Of a DNA stretch of 62,267 bases, positions 59,200 through 62,267 are shown one piece after another (within the stretch, counting starts at the first letter, position 1; every line of letters begins with the position of its first letter). The position numbers were made by a program, and so were the translations under genes. This stretch comes from Candidatus Omnitrophota bacterium (GTDB taxonomy: Bacteria; Omnitrophota; Gorgyraeia; JABMRG01; JAFGKX01). The notes under the pieces were generated by a model. It ran no database searches. It was not told the DNA's origin and was given only the letters and a program-made list of their open reading frames with translations. Where the stretch lies: contig JAZDPX010000042.1 in assembly GCA_043797125.1 (NCBI GenBank), positions 1 through 62,267 on the forward strand, given 5' to 3'.

Positions 59200-62100
59200 A
59201 TGAAGACAGGGAAAATGAAGGTAATATTGTTGGCGCAGGTATTATGTATCGGTATTTTAACGGCCTTGGCAGGCCTTGGGCTTAACCCGGCGCTGCAAAC
59301 ATCGCCGCCTGATTCCGCTTGTCGCAGCGACTTAAAAGGAATGGAGACAGCGGCCCAGCGAACCACAGATATTAACGAAATATTGGATGGCATGGTAACA
59401 GATGCCGCGTATTTTGTAGGAGATTCGTTGGCAATAGTTGATAAAAAGGACCTGGGTGGCGGGAAATACGCATATGCATTAGCCATAAACCAGCAGGATA
59501 AATCGCAATTTCCTTTCCTTGTAATTGCTAATCCGACAGCTAAGGATAAGGAAGAGCACAAGGACATACAGGTTGCTAAAGTGCCTGGGACAGAAATAGA
59601 AGTATTGATGGTCGGCCAGGTAGATATGAAAGCAGCGCTGACAGAAATTGCCGGAGTAGCTGTTGGCCCGAAGGCAAAACTTTGGGGCTTACCGGATGGT
59701 TCTGGCGGCATAGCTGCGGATCATATAGTACTAAAAATAGGTAATGCTTATGGAGAAATAGGCCCCGAGTTAGCGGAATTTACCTTACAGCTTCATCAAG
59801 CCGGAACCGCTGAAGCATTCGACGTGATTATTAATGAGCTGAACAAGCAATCAATTGAAGCTAAGAGCGGCCAGGTATTGCAATTTGCCATAAATTTGGG
59901 TAAAGTTAATGATGTGTCTGTGCTTGTTGTAATTATCAAAGTCGAGCAGAAACTGATACCTTTTGTTGTTACTCTTGGAAATGTAGATGCGTTGGCGGAG
60001 AATTATCGAGAAGACATGCAAAAAGAAGGCGTAAATGCCGTTATGCTGACAGGCTTGTTGCCGGGAATGGAAAAAGCTGTATCGGCTCTGGATAATGAGG
60101 CTTTTGAAAATTTCATCGAGCTTTACGGAAATGCAATAAACTTTACAACGAAAGAAGGGCTCCAGCGCCTTATTAGCGAAGGAGCTGATTTACCGTTGCC
60201 CGAATTAATAGGGCAAGTCAATAGATACACAGCCCCAAGCCTTTCATACTTTTTTTCACAGGATTATGAGGTAAATAAAAAGCATTCTGATTTGATGCTC
60301 CCTATTCACCTTGATAAACTCCTTAAAAGCGAAAACGATATAGCTGCCTTGCAGTATTTACAGGTTCAACTTAAGCAGGGAAACTTAGATTTTGGTAATT
60401 TGAGGGAAAGCGTAGAAGCAAGAAAGCCTCAATACATAAAATCCGCATCAGTTGCGGCGCTGCCGGGCATTACCAAGGGAAAACCGGTAATTGCAGTAGT
60501 CGCTGAATTTGAAGCCGGCTTTCCTGTTGTGCTCGCAATAGCCGATTATATTCCTTTACTGGATAAAGGCGAATTGATGTTTGAAGGAGTTGGCCGCGAA
60601 ACGGCATTATTAAAACAGAGCATAAACTTAATTCCTTTGCCAAATCCGTCCGAGAAATTACTGCTTTTGCTTGCTGGAAACGCGAATAATTCATCCGCAT
60701 TTGCGCACTACACGTTTTTATCGCCCAATAGAGATTCTTTTGAAGCTTATAGCGCAAAGTTAGAAAAGACAAAACTGCCGCAGATATTGATTTTAGTAAA
60801 AGAGTCACAGCTTGGCTGGCTTGATGTGCATCCTGGCATTGAGCCAATGCCCGGTGTGGGGCCTGGTAAAAACGAGCTTGACTTTTTGCTTCCTTCGGAA
60901 AACATATCAGGCCTGTCGGTTGGGCAGTTTATAGAGCTGTTCTATGAGAAGCATGATCAAGCGTCAAGAATGCAGGGTGTTATAGCGTTGTTTGCTTATA
61001 CGCCACATCCAGGCTTAGCTACCGACCAACATATCCTTGACCAAGATTTTAATAAGGTGATGAAACTTGCTTCGATTGATGTCCAGCTTAACGAATTCGG
61101 CTACGAGCTTCGTAAATTGCTTATTAATCCGATAATAGAAAGGGCTTATAAAGTAGATGGGGTTAAAGAGATATATATTGATGAGTTACTAAGCAATTTC
61201 AATGTTAATAGCAAGGAAATTGACGCGAGTCAAACCATAGCCGCGCTTTTTTCACGCCTTATATTGACATTGTCATATGAAAAATCGAATACGTTTTACG
61301 ATGGCCTGAAAAATATCGCGCCGGATATAATAAAACAGAAAAGCGCGGAGGATTTAGCCAAGGCATTTACTGATTTTATATTGGACAGGCTTATGTTGGG
61401 TATGGCCACAACAATAGATTATGAAAAAGCTTTATCCGGAACACTCGCAGCCAGGCTGGTTGACAATGATGCGGGAATTAAAAATGAAGCGATAGAACAA
61501 TTAGAGAAATTGCTGAAGTCAACCGACGAAAGAGTGGCTAAAAAAATAATGGATATAGCTACAACCAAAGGGCTGAAACCTTTCGCGGGAAAGCTGGGCT
61601 TTGAAAGCGGCTTGACAAGAGTCTTTCTTAACCCGGGCCAGAGGATGGAAGCTGAAGATGAAGTCGAGTTTTTGCAGGGCGCGATGGAGGAAGAGCTTAT
61701 ATACTTTACATCGCATGAACTTGGCGTGCGAGTTGGCCACGATAAGATTACAGAACTTTCAGAAATTTTTGCTAACACAGCGTATGTGCAGGATATTTCA
61801 GCTGAGGACATTAGCAATATCAAACGGACTCTTACACAGCAAGGATATACCCCCTTGGCTGAGGTTGAGCCTGCTGATCGGCCTTTGGACCTGTTGTTTC
61901 CATCCAACAATTTAACTGAGCCGATGACATTGGCAAAAGGAATTCAGTCATTCATATCAGCTATACCAACTGATAAAAAAGCTGATAAGGAAAAAGCCGC
62001 AAAAGTTGCAACTCTGATTCAAAGTGTAGATACTAATCTGTCAAAAATCTTGGAAACCACAGACGCTAAAGCCACAACCGAGCTATACAACAGCGTGAAA

Positions 62101-62267
62101 AATGACCTGAAAGACGCGTTAAGTACCATAAAGCCCATATCAGTACCTACCGATAAATTACAAACCAAAACAAGCCTCGAAGGCTTTATGCAGGCCTCCA
62201 TTGATTTAATGGACAATGCCCAGGAAGGCGTTACCAAAGACGCTAACCTAACAGCAGCTTATGGAGC
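59200..62267 (+). CDS. Large secreted/membrane-anchored protein, 3'-truncated by the window (>=1,022 aa); not in the supplied ORF track
   Basis: AAGGAGG (59184-59190) lies 9 nt upstream of the ATG at 59200, and the ATG is 1 nt after the previous stop. I read the frame codon by codon to 62267 and found no stop. The N-terminus 'MKTGKMKVILLAQVLCIGILTALAGLG' is signal-like. Only short minus-strand shadow ORFs are listed in this region. Confidence 0.75.
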   Translation, partial: MKTGKMKVILLAQVLCIGILTALAGLGLNPALQTSPPDSACRSDLKGMETAAQRTTDINEILDGMVTDAAYFVGDSLAIVDKKDLGGGKYAYALAINQQDKSQFPFLVIANPTAKDKEEHKDIQVAKVPGTEIEVLMVGQVDMKAALTEIAGVAVGPKAKLWGLPDGSGGIAADHIVLKIGNAYGEIGPELAEFTLQLHQAGTAEAFDVIINELNKQSIEAKSGQVLQFAINLGKVNDVSVLVVIIKVEQKLIPFVVTLGNVDALAENYREDMQKEGVNAVMLTGLLPGMEKAVSALDNEAFENFIELYGNAINFTTKEGLQRLISEGADLPLPELIGQVNRYTAPSLSYFFSQDYEVNKKHSDLMLPIHLDKLLKSENDIAALQYLQVQLKQGNLDFGNLRESVEARKPQYIKSASVAALPGITKGKPVIAVVAEFEAGFPVVLAIADYIPLLDKGELMFEGVGRETALLKQSINLIPLPNPSEKLLLLLAGNANNSSAFAHYTFLSPNRDSFEAYSAKLEKTKLPQILILVKESQLGWLDVHPGIEPMPGVGPGKNELDFLLPSENISGLSVGQFIELFYEKHDQASRMQGVIALFAYTPHPGLATDQHILDQDFNKVMKLASIDVQLNEFGYELRKLLINPIIERAYKVDGVKEIYIDELLSNFNVNSKEIDASQTIAALFSRLILTLSYEKSNTFYDGLKNIAPDIIKQKSAEDLAKAFTDFILDRLMLGMATTIDYEKALSGTLAARLVDNDAGIKNEAIEQLEKLLKSTDERVAKKIMDIATTKGLKPFAGKLGFESGLTRVFLNPGQRMEAEDEVEFLQGAMEEELIYFTSHELGVRVGHDKITELSEIFANTAYVQDISAEDISNIKRTLTQQGYTPLAEVEPADRPLDLLFPSNNLTEPMTLAKGIQSFISAIPTDKKADKEKAAKVATLIQSVDTNLSKILETTDAKATTELYNSVKNDLKDALSTIKPISVPTDKLQTKTSLEGFMQASIDLMDNAQEGVTKDANLTAAYG

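Overview
This 62.3-kb window has every credible gene on the + strand (standard code; TAA, TAG and TGA all used as stops). It is dominated by one uninterrupted 23,826-nt ORF (3769-27594, 7,941 aa). That ORF begins with a signal peptide. It then strings together a Cys/Met-metabolism PLP-fold domain (plus a degenerate second copy), an M3-type HExxH oligopeptidase-like module, a long TPR/coiled-coil tract and three transmembrane clusters. It also carries at least six copies of a ~110-135-aa repeat module joined by a nucleotide-conserved GGTCAC-type linker, and ends in a PutA-type proline-dehydrogenase domain. The giant ORF starts 2 nt after an upstream >=1,248-aa HD/HExxH protein whose frame is still open at the window edge. 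A third large secreted ORF (59200->62267, >=1,022 aa) runs off the 3' end; it is missing from the supplied ORF track because it has no stop. Between these lie two clusters. (i) A glycan uptake/phosphorolysis locus: two CBM-like secreted proteins, two clan GH-A hydrolase-like proteins, a sugar ABC binding protein plus two permeases (no ATPase), a PilZ-TM-toroid protein, a 1,051-aa GH94-related phosphorylase-like protein, a GPH symporter and a bona fide GH94 phosphorylase. (ii) A surface/secretion cluster: two paralogous secreted proteins, a PapD-like protein, a PKD/TSP3 protein with a CFIATAAYG tail, a GspC-like gene split at an A9 run, and a large outer-membrane-type protein. Non-coding content includes seven perfect 26-34-nt palindromes with compensatory arm changes, heptamer tandem repeats that encode signal peptides, a nested palindromic element, a structured 5' leader with G.U pairs, and five promoter-like sites of one architecture. 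From memory, giant membrane proteins next to carbohydrate import and T2SS-like parts have been reported in uncultivated Omnitrophota-like bacteria. Taxonomy cannot be established from this window alone.
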